The position numbers were made by a program, and so were the translations under genes. From positions 64,001 to 128,000 of IMG/VR virus record IMGVR_UViG_3300032313_001394: a stretch of DNA of 64,000 nt, one strand, 5' to 3'. The stretch comes from a virus. The notes under the pieces were generated by a model. That model searched no databases. It was not told the origin of the DNA and was given only the letters and a program-made list of their open reading frames with translations. Positions 56,239 to 64,000 of the stretch are shown one piece after another. Each line of letters starts with the position of its first letter. The stretch's first letter is position 1.

Positions 56239-56276
56239 ATTATTATTTAATATAAATATATTAGAGAAATAAATTT

Positions 56277-57806
56277 CTATAAGTTTAATTTAGAACCTAC
56301 AGTAAAGAAGAATGTAGGTTTATCAAATGTAGATGGTATATTTGATTTAATATTAAAGTTAATTCGGAAACGTTTAGATAACGGAATATCAAATGAATTA
56401 CCTAACATAACATTAAAATCTTTATTTACTCTCATTATTGGATCACTCGTAATATAAGATGTCGGAGAATAAAGTAAAAACACCTCAGGTGTAAATTTAA
56501 TTTTAGTTTTTGTTTCTAATGGCCTCATATAGAATCCAGTTAATGACGGACCATACATTTGATCGCCTGATCCTAAGAATCCAGCAATTAAAGATACGTT
56601 ATAACCTGCAACACCTTTTTTACCTAATAATTTAATATAAGTATATCCAGCAAATGTTAAATGGTCTGTAAATGTAGTTGCATATGTTAATGAGTAATTT
56701 CGAACATGACTAATAGCACCGTTTGTAGTATACATTTTAGTATACTTACCTGTTAATGCTAATTGTTTGAAATTTAAGTGGATCATTGAAGTAGCACCCC
56801 ACGATTCATTTCCCATTAACGATGCTTTAGATGCTGATACACCCAGTACTGGAGTAAATGTATTGTCTGCATTTTGCATTAATGCAAAGTCACCTTGTAC
56901 TACTAATGGATTAGTTGTATTTACTGTTTTAGCTTTCTTTTCGTCTTTTTTACTATCTGATTTCTTTTCGTCTTTTTTGCTTTCACTTTTAGCATCGTCT
57001 TTCTTTTCTTCCTTACTTTCGGATTTAGATTCTGATTTGCTTTCTTCTTTGGATTCCGACTTTGATTCGCTTTTAGATTCAGACTTGGCTTCAGCTTTAG
57101 CCTCTGCTTTAGCTTCGGCCTTTGCTTCGGCTTTAACCCCTCCCGGAGATCCACCGCCTCCTCCACCACCGCCTCCACCTCCACCACCTGGAGCGCCTCC
57201 ACCACTTGGAGCGGAACTACCCGCTGATGATGCGCTTGAACTCGCTGTAGATGATGCTGAACTAGATGCACTAGATGATGCGGTAGATGAAGCTGTGTTA
57301 GCGGCAGCACCTGCGGCTGTATTGGCTGCTGTACCTGAAGCTGTGTTTGCTGCTGTAGATGCTGCTGTATTGGCAGCTGTTGAAGCTGCTGTAGAGGCAG
57401 CGGTACTTGCTGCTGTTGCGGCCGCAGTAGCAGCAGCTGTTTGTGCTGCTGTTTGAGCAGCAGTCTGGGCAGCTGTCTGTGCCGCAACTTGAGCTGCTGC
57501 TTGAGCTACTACTGCTGAAATTGTATTTGAAATTGTTTGAGTTTGAGTTTGGGCAACTACTTCTTGTGCTTTACACACATATGCTTTCATTTGCTCATTT
57601 ACCCATAATTGTACCTCTCCTTTAGCTGCTTCTTCATATGAAAATGAACGTGCAGAACTACGATATACAATCAATACTGAACCCCCGATCGGAACAGTAT
57701 ATAATACCATCTGTTTCGAGCAGGGGTCAAAGTATGCGTTGGTAAGTACTTGTGCCTTACTTAAAAATGAAACAGTTAAGAGTAAGAATACAAATACATA
57801 TTTCAC
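56277..57806 (-). CDS. Secreted protein with a long low-complexity stalk and a C-terminal beta-barrel-like domain
   Basis: Signal peptide (SKA-Q); xTAA, SSAS, poly-G, KAEA, KSES, KKDE repeats; about 210 aa of amphipathic strands ending GSKLNL. Confidence 0.75.
   Translation of the reverse strand: MKYVFVFLLLTVSFLSKAQVLTNAYFDPCSKQMVLYTVPIGGSVLIVYRSSARSFSYEEAAKGEVQLWVNEQMKAYVCKAQEVVAQTQTQTISNTISAVVAQAAAQVAAQTAAQTAAQTAAQTAAATAAATAASTAASTAASTAANTAASTAANTASGTAANTAAGAAANTASSTASSSASSSASSTASSSASSAGSSAPSGGGAPGGGGGGGGGGGGGSPGGVKAEAKAEAKAEAKAEAKSESKSESKSESKEESKSESKSESKEEKKDDAKSESKKDEKKSDSKKDEKKAKTVNTTNPLVVQGDFALMQNADNTFTPVLGVSASKASLMGNESWGATSMIHLNFKQLALTGKYTKMYTTNGAISHVRNYSLTYATTFTDHLTFAGYTYIKLLGKKGVAGYNVSLIAGFLGSGDQMYGPSLTGFYMRPLETKTKIKFTPEVFLLYSPTSYITSDPIMRVNKDFNVMLGNSFDIPLSKRFRINFNIKSNIPSTFDKPTFFFTVGSKLNL
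56930..57510 (-). repeat. Degenerate 12-nt-period coding repeats
   Basis: Four-residue units QTAA, STAA, NTAA, SSAS, KAEA, KSES within the CDS. Confidence 0.8.
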
Positions 57807-58636
57807 TAAGCTAGTAGCTTATAATATTCTTTAAAATGTTTGATACGATCTGGTAGACCAATTGTACCACCATTAACACGTTTTGTGATTTGAGTAACTA
57901 CAGCATCGGAAGCACCACTATCAGCCATCTTGTGTAATCCGTTTTTAGAGAAAAACCAAGCAGCTGAGAGTAAGGCATATTTCGATGAAACCACATCTGG
58001 GTTAGACAAAATGTCTTCTCCAATGGACTTACCGAATGCAGTGTAGTTTTCTTTACCAGTTAACTGTATGTAACCTCTTCCGCGAAATTTATATCCTTCA
58101 CCTGATGCTTCATTACCATTACCCATTCTACCTCCGTAGACACGAGCAGCAATTTTAGCAGGTTTGCGTTCATACTGGGCAGCTAATGATGCGTTTGGAA
58201 AATATTTTTTAAATATTCCCATTAATCCTTTAGCTGAATAATTTAAATTTTCTTGAGTTGCGCGGAATCCACCTGATTCGTGTCCGCACTGTGCTAAAAA
58301 GTGAGCTAAACGTAATGGGGTATTGATAGCAAATTTAGCTGCTGTATCAGGAATCATTGCAATTACTGCATCAGGAATGTGTCCTTTTAAATTAGCTAAT
58401 TTTAGATTACCTGAATTAGTAATTGGAGCAACTACTGGTGCTGCTGGAGTAGCAATACCAAATAATTTACCCCAAGTACCAGCTCCAACTATACCATCAG
58501 CTGTTAATCCGTTAGCTGATTGCCAAGCTTTAACTGCTGCATCTGTTTTAGGTCCAAATTTACCAATGGCTTCTATACCTAATTTTACTTGAAGCTTTTT
58601 TACATCTTCACCCTCGGATCCTAGCTTTAATAGCAT
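57806..58636 (-). CDS. Endolysin: peptidoglycan-binding domain plus GH19
   Basis: LKLGS.GEDVKKLQ...DGIVG..TW; LAHFLAQCGHES, ENLNYS, FRGRGYIQLTG, ITKRVNGG. Confidence 0.93.
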   Translation of the reverse strand: MLLKLGSEGEDVKKLQVKLGIEAIGKFGPKTDAAVKAWQSANGLTADGIVGAGTWGKLFGIATPAAPVVAPITNSGNLKLANLKGHIPDAVIAMIPDTAAKFAINTPLRLAHFLAQCGHESGGFRATQENLNYSAKGLMGIFKKYFPNASLAAQYERKPAKIAARVYGGRMGNGNEASGEGYKFRGRGYIQLTGKENYTAFGKSIGEDILSNPDVVSSKYALLSAAWFFSKNGLHKMADSGASDAVVTQITKRVNGGTIGLPDRIKHFKEYYKLLA

Positions 58637-58683
58637 CGTTTATTGTTTTTATAGTTAATTATTACAGTTGTACTCTTTTACTC

Positions 58684-59103
58684 TTAGAACTGGATTTTAT
58701 CCAATTTGTAAGTCAAACCTAATCCTGGTGTGAAGTTAGATCCAACTAGATTTCCAATGACCCAAATTTTAAGTCCTTCGGATTTTAATGGAGCGTATCC
58801 TATCCACACGTTAGGCTTATTTACATTATCTACAGGTTGAATACCCATACCTAACATTAAGCGCTCACTAGCAAACATACGAATAACACCAAATTTCATA
58901 GTTTTATCAAAACTACCTGTTTTAGTTGATACCATTGGATCAGCGTCATACTTAAAACCAGCATAAATACCCCATCCTTTTTTGATATAACCACCTGTTA
59001 AGTATCCGTCCATACCTTTATTAGTAGCAGAACCGAAAAATTCTTGTGCGTTAGCAGCTACTGCAGACAAACACAAAATTGCAATCAATAATAACTTTTT
59101 CAT
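58684..59103 (-). CDS. Small outer-membrane beta-barrel-like protein
   Basis: Signal peptide (ANA-Q); about eight amphipathic strands; C-terminal Phe. Confidence 0.6.
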   Translation of the reverse strand: MKKLLLIAILCLSAVAANAQEFFGSATNKGMDGYLTGGYIKKGWGIYAGFKYDADPMVSTKTGSFDKTMKFGVIRMFASERLMLGMGIQPVDNVNKPNVWIGYAPLKSEGLKIWVIGNLVGSNFTPGLGLTYKLDKIQF

Positions 59104-59106
59104 AGT

Positions 59107-59820
59107 TTAATTTTTAAATATATTCTTTTTTATCATACGTGATACTATCCTAGAAGCTGCTGTTTCCAACGCTTTTTTAGTGGTAATTCCGATTGTTGAT
59201 TGATTAAATTTAATCTCATCAAATGAATCAGATAACGCACCTTGTTTTACTGTACTTGCTTCACCTAAGCCTGAACCAGTGATATACTCAGCAGTTTCAG
59301 CATTAACGAACTTAACTTGTAAGCCCAGCCTGGTAGTTTGAGTTTGCTTAACACCATCTTTTAATTTTAATTGTTCGTCTTCAGAAACAGAGAAGTCGTA
59401 TACCTCTACATATACAAAATATTGTGCAAGCTTAATTTTTCCTCTACCATCTAATTTATTTTCTGTAATACCTGATTGAGAAGCTTGGAATTGTTTTACC
59501 ATTCTATTCTTAATCTCGGCTTTATCTTCAGTAAAAGTAAATCGATTAGTTTCTTCTAAAAATTCAACTACAATATTTGTTAAACCTAAACCAACTCGTT
59601 TATCTTTTAATTCAGGATACATTGCAAATATCTCATCTGTAATTCCAATTGATAATAATTGAATTGGAATTTTAGGTCCTTCATAATCAGATACAACATC
59701 TATTGATTGTTTCTTTTCAAAATCAGCTTGGTATGCTTCTGTCTTTACAGAACCAATAGTTTGTCCAAGCACAGGCAAACATAATAAAGAAAGAAATAAA
59801 ATCAATAAATTAGCCTTCAT
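59107..59820 (-). CDS. CsgG/HfaB-like (curli secretion channel family) protein
   Basis: GLGLTNIVVEFLEETNRF, GKIKLAQYFV...VYDF, LGLQVKFVNAET.E...GSG.G. Confidence 0.7.
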   Translation of the reverse strand: MKANLLILFLSLLCLPVLGQTIGSVKTEAYQADFEKKQSIDVVSDYEGPKIPIQLLSIGITDEIFAMYPELKDKRVGLGLTNIVVEFLEETNRFTFTEDKAEIKNRMVKQFQASQSGITENKLDGRGKIKLAQYFVYVEVYDFSVSEDEQLKLKDGVKQTQTTRLGLQVKFVNAETAEYITGSGLGEASTVKQGALSDSFDEIKFNQSTIGITTKKALETAASRIVSRMIKKNIFKN

Positions 59821-60106
59821 ATTCTTCTTCTTTTTTTTCTGCTTTAGTAGCTTCTGAAATTTGTTTTTTCATTCCTGTAAATTTATCTACTGAAGATAAA
59901 CCTAATGAACCGAACGCAAGTAATGCTACTGCATTTACTAATGATTCTGCAGGTGCGATATGTGCTTCAGAAAATGAATTTTGATACATTGTAATACACA
60001 ATGTTAATGCAGCTAATAAACCCACAAATCGTTTTGATGATACAGCACCTTTTTCATCAGCTAGTAATGAGTTAGCACCATCCATAAATTTTTTTAATAT
60101 TTCCAT
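59810..60106 (-). CDS. Two-TM holin-like protein
   Basis: G..SSKRFVG plus two TM helices and a charged tail; near the endolysin. Confidence 0.55.
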   Translation of the reverse strand: MEILKKFMDGANSLLADEKGAVSSKRFVGLLAALTLCITMYQNSFSEAHIAPAESLVNAVALLAFGSLGLSSVDKFTGMKKQISEATKAEKKEEEYEG

Positions 60107-60107
60107 T

Positions 60108-60260
60108 TTACCACGGTTGTTTTGATATTTTAGCTGCTATTTCATTTGCTTTATCATTCTGATTGGTAAAATGTAGGTATACAAAATACATCTGAGTGCT
60201 AAAGCCAACTATAATTCCAGCTAAAACTAATTTTGAATAAATTTTATATACCTTTTCCAT
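60108..60260 (-). CDS. Single-TM protein (50 aa, not in ORF track)
   Basis: MEKVYKIYSKLVLAGIIVGFSTQMYFVYLHF... Confidence 0.55.
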   Translation of the reverse strand: MEKVYKIYSKLVLAGIIVGFSTQMYFVYLHFTNQNDKANEIAAKISKQPW

Positions 60261-60265
60261 TTTTA

Positions 60266-60823
60266 TTATCCTTCTATAGATTCTTCTACATCCTTTATTT
60301 TACCACATTTAAGACATTCTTCATCTCCGTCTCCATCAGCATCACCCCATACGTGTTCGCATTGGCGATGAGCGAAGTATTCATCGATTTTACCGTCGCC
60401 ATCATGATCTAAACCATCCATTGTGCCATCTCCATCTTCATCGATTTCAACGCCCTTCTTTTCGGTAGTTGGTACAGGAGTTGGTGCGTCACCTCCTTTA
60501 GTATCGGATAATGACACACCATCTTCCTCGTCCATTTTCTGAACTAACATTTTATCTTTATCTGTATCAGAGAACCAGTAATCAATAATTTTACCATATG
60601 AACCAATGAATGCTCCAAGTAACAACAACATTAATTCTTTCCATTCTCCTGCAATATCAGTGCCTTGAACAATAGCGGCAAATATACCACCAATTATTAA
60701 CATAAATCCACCTAAAACTATAGCGGTAATATACCATCTACGTTTCATCATTGCATTTAATAGTTCCTTAAATCCCGTAGGAGTAGGTTGTGACATAGGT
60801 TGTTCTTCTTTAAATAACTTCAT
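60266..60823 (-). CDS. Two-TM protein with DxDGDG calcium-binding loops and a Cys motif
   Basis: DEDGDG, DHDGDG, DADGDG; CEH...CLKCG. Confidence 0.65.
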   Translation of the reverse strand: MKLFKEEQPMSQPTPTGFKELLNAMMKRRWYITAIVLGGFMLIIGGIFAAIVQGTDIAGEWKELMLLLLGAFIGSYGKIIDYWFSDTDKDKMLVQKMDEEDGVSLSDTKGGDAPTPVPTTEKKGVEIDEDGDGTMDGLDHDGDGKIDEYFAHRQCEHVWGDADGDGDEECLKCGKIKDVEESIEG

Positions 60824-60829
60824 TGTTAA

Positions 60830-61135
60830 TTACCATTTAGGAGCTTCTTCTAGCTCTTCTTTAGCTGTTTTAGGTTTTGGTTTAACGGGAGCAGCAGCAG
60901 GAGATCCTGCGTTTTTATTTATTATAATAGTTTTTGGAGCTGCTGCAGGTGCAGCGGCTGCTTGATTGATATTAATTACTGGTGCTGGTGCTGATACAGC
61001 TGTTGCTGGTTCATCTTTTTCACCTGTAATAATTTTTGTTACATATGCTGCAATACCTAATGATATTGTACTTACAACTGTAATTAAAACTCCTTTAAGA
61101 GATTTTCCTGTTGATTCTTCTTGTTCTTCTGCCAT
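60830..61135 (-). CDS. Membrane-anchored Ala/Pro-rich protein
   Basis: One TM helix, then APAPVININ...PKPKT. Confidence 0.6.
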   Translation of the reverse strand: MAEEQEESTGKSLKGVLITVVSTISLGIAAYVTKIITGEKDEPATAVSAPAPVININQAAAAPAAAPKTIIINKNAGSPAAAPVKPKPKTAKEELEEAPKW

Positions 61136-61136
61136 T

Positions 61137-61472
61137 TTATTTCTTTAACGATTTAATTTTAGTTTTTACCTCTTCAACTTCTTTTTTTGTGTCTTCAACA
61201 AATGTTTTTGAAGATTCAAAAGCATCTGTAGCATCAGCTAGATTTTTAGTTTTAATAGCTTTTTCAATTTTTTCAGCAACTGCTTGAGATTCATCAATTT
61301 GAGCTTCTAACTTCTCTTCAATTTCATCAATTGCTTGTAAAGCTTTCTTAGCATCTGCTGCTAAACCAGGAGCGTATTTAGCTGATTTATCAATTAAAAG
61401 TTCAGCTTGTTCTTCTAATTTGTCAATTTTAACAAATAATCCTTTAATAAAGGCAAATAACTTTTTGATCAT
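61137..61472 (-). CDS. Amphipathic coiled-coil protein
   Basis: All-helical, K/E/A-rich. Confidence 0.6.
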   Translation of the reverse strand: MIKKLFAFIKGLFVKIDKLEEQAELLIDKSAKYAPGLAADAKKALQAIDEIEEKLEAQIDESQAVAEKIEKAIKTKNLADATDAFESSKTFVEDTKKEVEEVKTKIKSLKK

Positions 61473-61483
61473 TTTTTTTTTAT

Positions 61484-61852
61484 TTATCTTTTAATTATTA
61501 ATGGTTTTTTAACTGTACCTCCATTGATATCAGTTAATGTTATATCGTATAATCCATCTTCTAAATCTTTGAAATCGTATATTTTAGTTACAATCTCACT
61601 TTCAGCAGTTAATGGTAATGTTTTTGTAGGTTCTACAGCAGCAAATTTATATATTTGTACAGAGTACTTAGCTCCAGTCGTAACCGCGTATTGTACTGTA
61701 ACTTGACCACCTGTTGATACTACACTAAGTATATCTGTGGACTTTGCTGTAACTCCTAATTTAATTTCAGGTGTAGATAAAACTTCTATATCACTGCATC
61801 CTGCGGTAATAAATATAAGGCCGATTAAAACAATTGATAATAAGTTTTTCAT
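61484..61852 (-). CDS. Lipoprotein with a T9SS C-terminal-domain-like fold
   Basis: Lipobox TAGC; YSVQIY...DLEDGLYDITL......KKPLIIKR. Confidence 0.6.
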   Translation of the reverse strand: MKNLLSIVLIGLIFITAGCSDIEVLSTPEIKLGVTAKSTDILSVVSTGGQVTVQYAVTTGAKYSVQIYKFAAVEPTKTLPLTAESEIVTKIYDFKDLEDGLYDITLTDINGGTVKKPLIIKR

Positions 61853-61854
61853 AT

Positions 61855-63648
61855 TTAAAAGTTGTTATATCCTGTTAATTTTATTGTTTCTGTGTTTAAA
61901 TTTATTCCCAACTGAGATCCGCTAGTTGATGCGGCATCTGTTGCAGAAGTAATTTTAATAAATGAATTAATATCTAATCCGCTTACTAATGTGCTGAATT
62001 TCAATTTGAATGGAATCACAGCACCTTTAATTGGAGTTTTTAATTTTTGATCAATTGCTCCGAATTTTACTTTACCTGTTGCCGAATTAGCAAATACATA
62101 CCAATCGTTAGGTACTTCTGAAGCCATTGATTCGAACTTAACTTTGCTTGGATCATATGCGAATTCAAATTGTAGAGCAGCTACTTCATTTCCGTTTGTA
62201 TTAACTGAAACTGGTATTTCAATTGAATTTGAAGTTACTGTTACGTTTTTAATATTAACATCAATAGCAGGAACAGATTGAGGAGTATTAATAAATCCTA
62301 TAGTTCTATTCATTATAGCTTTATTAGCAATACTTTTATTTAATGATACTACTGCATTTGTTTTTATAACACCACCAACAACTACTTGAGATGAATGTGA
62401 ACGATTTATATCACCAGGAAGTACATATTTTACATTAATTGTTAATGGTGTTCCTGGGGTAGCTGGAGTAGTGTATTCATAAGCACGCTGTGCATTAGTA
62501 GGTAAAGTAGTAAATACGTTAGATGGAGTAGCAGCGTCAAATTCCGTAGCTTTAAACGTAGGTAAACTCATCCACCCATTAGATCCAACTGTATATCCTT
62601 CTGGTAATACGATTAATTGATTTACACCAACTGCTTGTGCGTATAATTTAGTTAAATCACCACCATCGAATCCGTTTGATCTGTTAACATCTACCGCCCA
62701 ATATCCCATACCAGTTATAATACTAGTATTTTTATATGTTCTATCTAGATTTTGAGATACAAATTCTGCTTGTGCTGTTGTATAATCTGATACTGATACT
62801 GCTGAGTTCATTATACCTGGTAATTGATCCATATTAGCCATTACCATAATTTGATAAGCCGTATTTGCAGTTAGTAATGAATCTACAATATTTACTGTAC
62901 CATTTGCTGTTACATTAAACATTGGTCCAGTATTATCAGCTTTTTTAAATAATACTTTAACGTGAGTTGGATTAATATTTCCATTTAAATCCAATACTGC
63001 TTTAACAAATTTCTTAGCGTCTGGATTTTGTGTAATTACTGTAGTTAATGGTATTTCGTTTAAACAAGCACCTGATGAACCATTTTGGTTAAATGATGCT
63101 GCAAAGTTCATTTTAATTGGATCCCATGCATCACCTACTGCTGTTGTTTTTAATCTAAAACGTAATTTTAATAAATCACCATAAGTATTATAAGGTAGTG
63201 GTGAATTAGTAGCCCAGTTTAAATAAACACGAATAATTGTTTTAGGACCACCTTGAGTAAAACTGTATCCCGCATTGTTATAATTTTGATTACCATTAGG
63301 GGATGTGTTATTACCATTTCCAGCAAATGAATAACCTGGATATGTGTAATTATCCATTGTAATACTAGCACCTGTAGGTAATACACCACCATTTCCACCT
63401 GTTCCTGTATTAACTACATTTATAAAATCAAATGCAGCATTATTGAATTCAAAATCAAAATACAATGAACGAGAAGTTGTATTTCCATTACCATTTAATT
63501 GGACATTGACGATGAATTCATCACCTTTGTCAATAACTCCACCAGCAATATCAACTTTAGTAGAGTCATCAGCTAATCTAATTTTTGGTTCTTGCGCGAA
63601 CGCGGTTAAACTTACTAGCGATAGTAGTAAGAATAATAATTTTTTCAT
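61855..63648 (-). CDS. Secreted cohesin-dockerin-cohesin-like protein
   Basis: Signal peptide (AFA-Q); cohesin-like GDEFIVNV...LYFDFEFN and IEIPVSV...ALQFEFAYDPSKVKF; dockerin-like AVDVNRSNGFDGGD and GDINRS. Confidence 0.7.
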   Translation of the reverse strand: MKKLLFLLLSLVSLTAFAQEPKIRLADDSTKVDIAGGVIDKGDEFIVNVQLNGNGNTTSRSLYFDFEFNNAAFDFINVVNTGTGGNGGVLPTGASITMDNYTYPGYSFAGNGNNTSPNGNQNYNNAGYSFTQGGPKTIIRVYLNWATNSPLPYNTYGDLLKLRFRLKTTAVGDAWDPIKMNFAASFNQNGSSGACLNEIPLTTVITQNPDAKKFVKAVLDLNGNINPTHVKVLFKKADNTGPMFNVTANGTVNIVDSLLTANTAYQIMVMANMDQLPGIMNSAVSVSDYTTAQAEFVSQNLDRTYKNTSIITGMGYWAVDVNRSNGFDGGDLTKLYAQAVGVNQLIVLPEGYTVGSNGWMSLPTFKATEFDAATPSNVFTTLPTNAQRAYEYTTPATPGTPLTINVKYVLPGDINRSHSSQVVVGGVIKTNAVVSLNKSIANKAIMNRTIGFINTPQSVPAIDVNIKNVTVTSNSIEIPVSVNTNGNEVAALQFEFAYDPSKVKFESMASEVPNDWYVFANSATGKVKFGAIDQKLKTPIKGAVIPFKLKFSTLVSGLDINSFIKITSATDAASTSGSQLGINLNTETIKLTGYNNF

Positions 63649-64000
63649 AGTTTATCTAACAATTTAGTAGTTAATGAAACCGATGCTTTCTTCAATGCAT
63701 TTGATAATGACGTTTGATTAAAACCACCAGCTTCAGAAATTACTAAAGTAGACATTGATATCTCACTTGATTTTTCTGTTGCAGTTTTTGTTTTTATAAC
63801 TTTATCACCTTTCAGTAGTTTACCTACCATACTGATAATAACTGATTGTTTATCTTGATGCATTATACCTATACTCACATTTGATGTTTCTACATCTAAA
63901 AATACGATATCGACTTGTACTGAATAATCAGCAGCGTCTTTGGTAGGTACTAATGAATAATTTTCGGATAATAGTTCTTCAACTATATTTTTGACACCAA
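63645..64000 (-). CDS. Second CsgG-like protein, 5'-truncated by the window edge
   Basis: Frame is open to the edge: GVKNIVEELLSE...FNQTSLSNALKKA parallels GLTNIVVEFLEE...FNQSTIGITTKKA in 59107-59820. Confidence 0.6.
   Translation of the reverse strand, partial: GVKNIVEELLSENYSLVPTKDAADYSVQVDIVFLDVETSNVSIGIMHQDKQSVIISMVGKLLKGDKVIKTKTATEKSSEISMSTLVISEAGGFNQTSLSNALKKASVSLTTKLLDKL

Noticed and set aside
57140-57205. C-rich tract (G-rich on the minus strand) as a regulatory G-quadruplex
   Set aside because: Fully explained by poly-Gly codons in the stalk protein
56921-57487. 188-aa Gln/Leu-rich alternate-frame ORF
   Set aside because: Off-frame reading of the Ala/Thr/Ser repeat inside 56277-57806
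4415-63667. All plus-strand ORFs in the track (e.g. 56767-57456, 21942-22253, 48805-49107)
   Set aside because: Almost all are antisense shadows of well-supported minus-strand genes and show no recognisable motifs; the 229-aa one only mirrors the low-complexity repeat
1-64000. Stop-codon reassignment
   Set aside because: Conserved genes are full length in the standard code; TAA, TAG and TGA all end genes; no suppressor tRNA is seen

Overview
AT-rich 64 kb segment of a large, T4-like (clamp, clamp loader, PolB, gp55-like sigma) dsDNA phage. The host is most likely a Bacteroidota bacterium, inferred from the absence of Shine-Dalgarno motifs, TAnnTTT-type promoters, DUF4494, and T9SS-CTD-like and dockerin-like domains. 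Essentially all genes are on the minus strand. In window order: a baseplate-like gene and gp55-like sigma (0-3 kb); a long array of small early-type genes, many with their own copy of an 18-bp promoter-like motif (4-21 kb), which also holds a tRNA-like RNA and an origin-like non-coding region; host-derived metabolic genes (PlcP-like phosphoesterase, RimK, glycosyltransferase, HPRT; 21-25 kb); glycosylation cluster 1 (28.5-38.4 kb); a replication/chaperonin core with a tRNA cluster (38.6-48.7 kb); glycosylation cluster 2 with a GDP-mannose 3,5-epimerase-like gene (48.7-54.7 kb); MazG-like and FolE; and an envelope module with two CsgG-like proteins, a cohesin/dockerin protein, beta-barrels, holin candidates and a GH19 endolysin (56-64 kb). 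The best novelty candidates are the 142-nt tRNA-Asp-like RNA with a 73-nt variable arm and its neighbouring structured RNA, the CsgG/cohesin-dockerin module, the PlcP plus glycosyltransferase cassette, and the fused terminator-promoter cassettes. All calls come from reading motifs by eye; no database searches were run.
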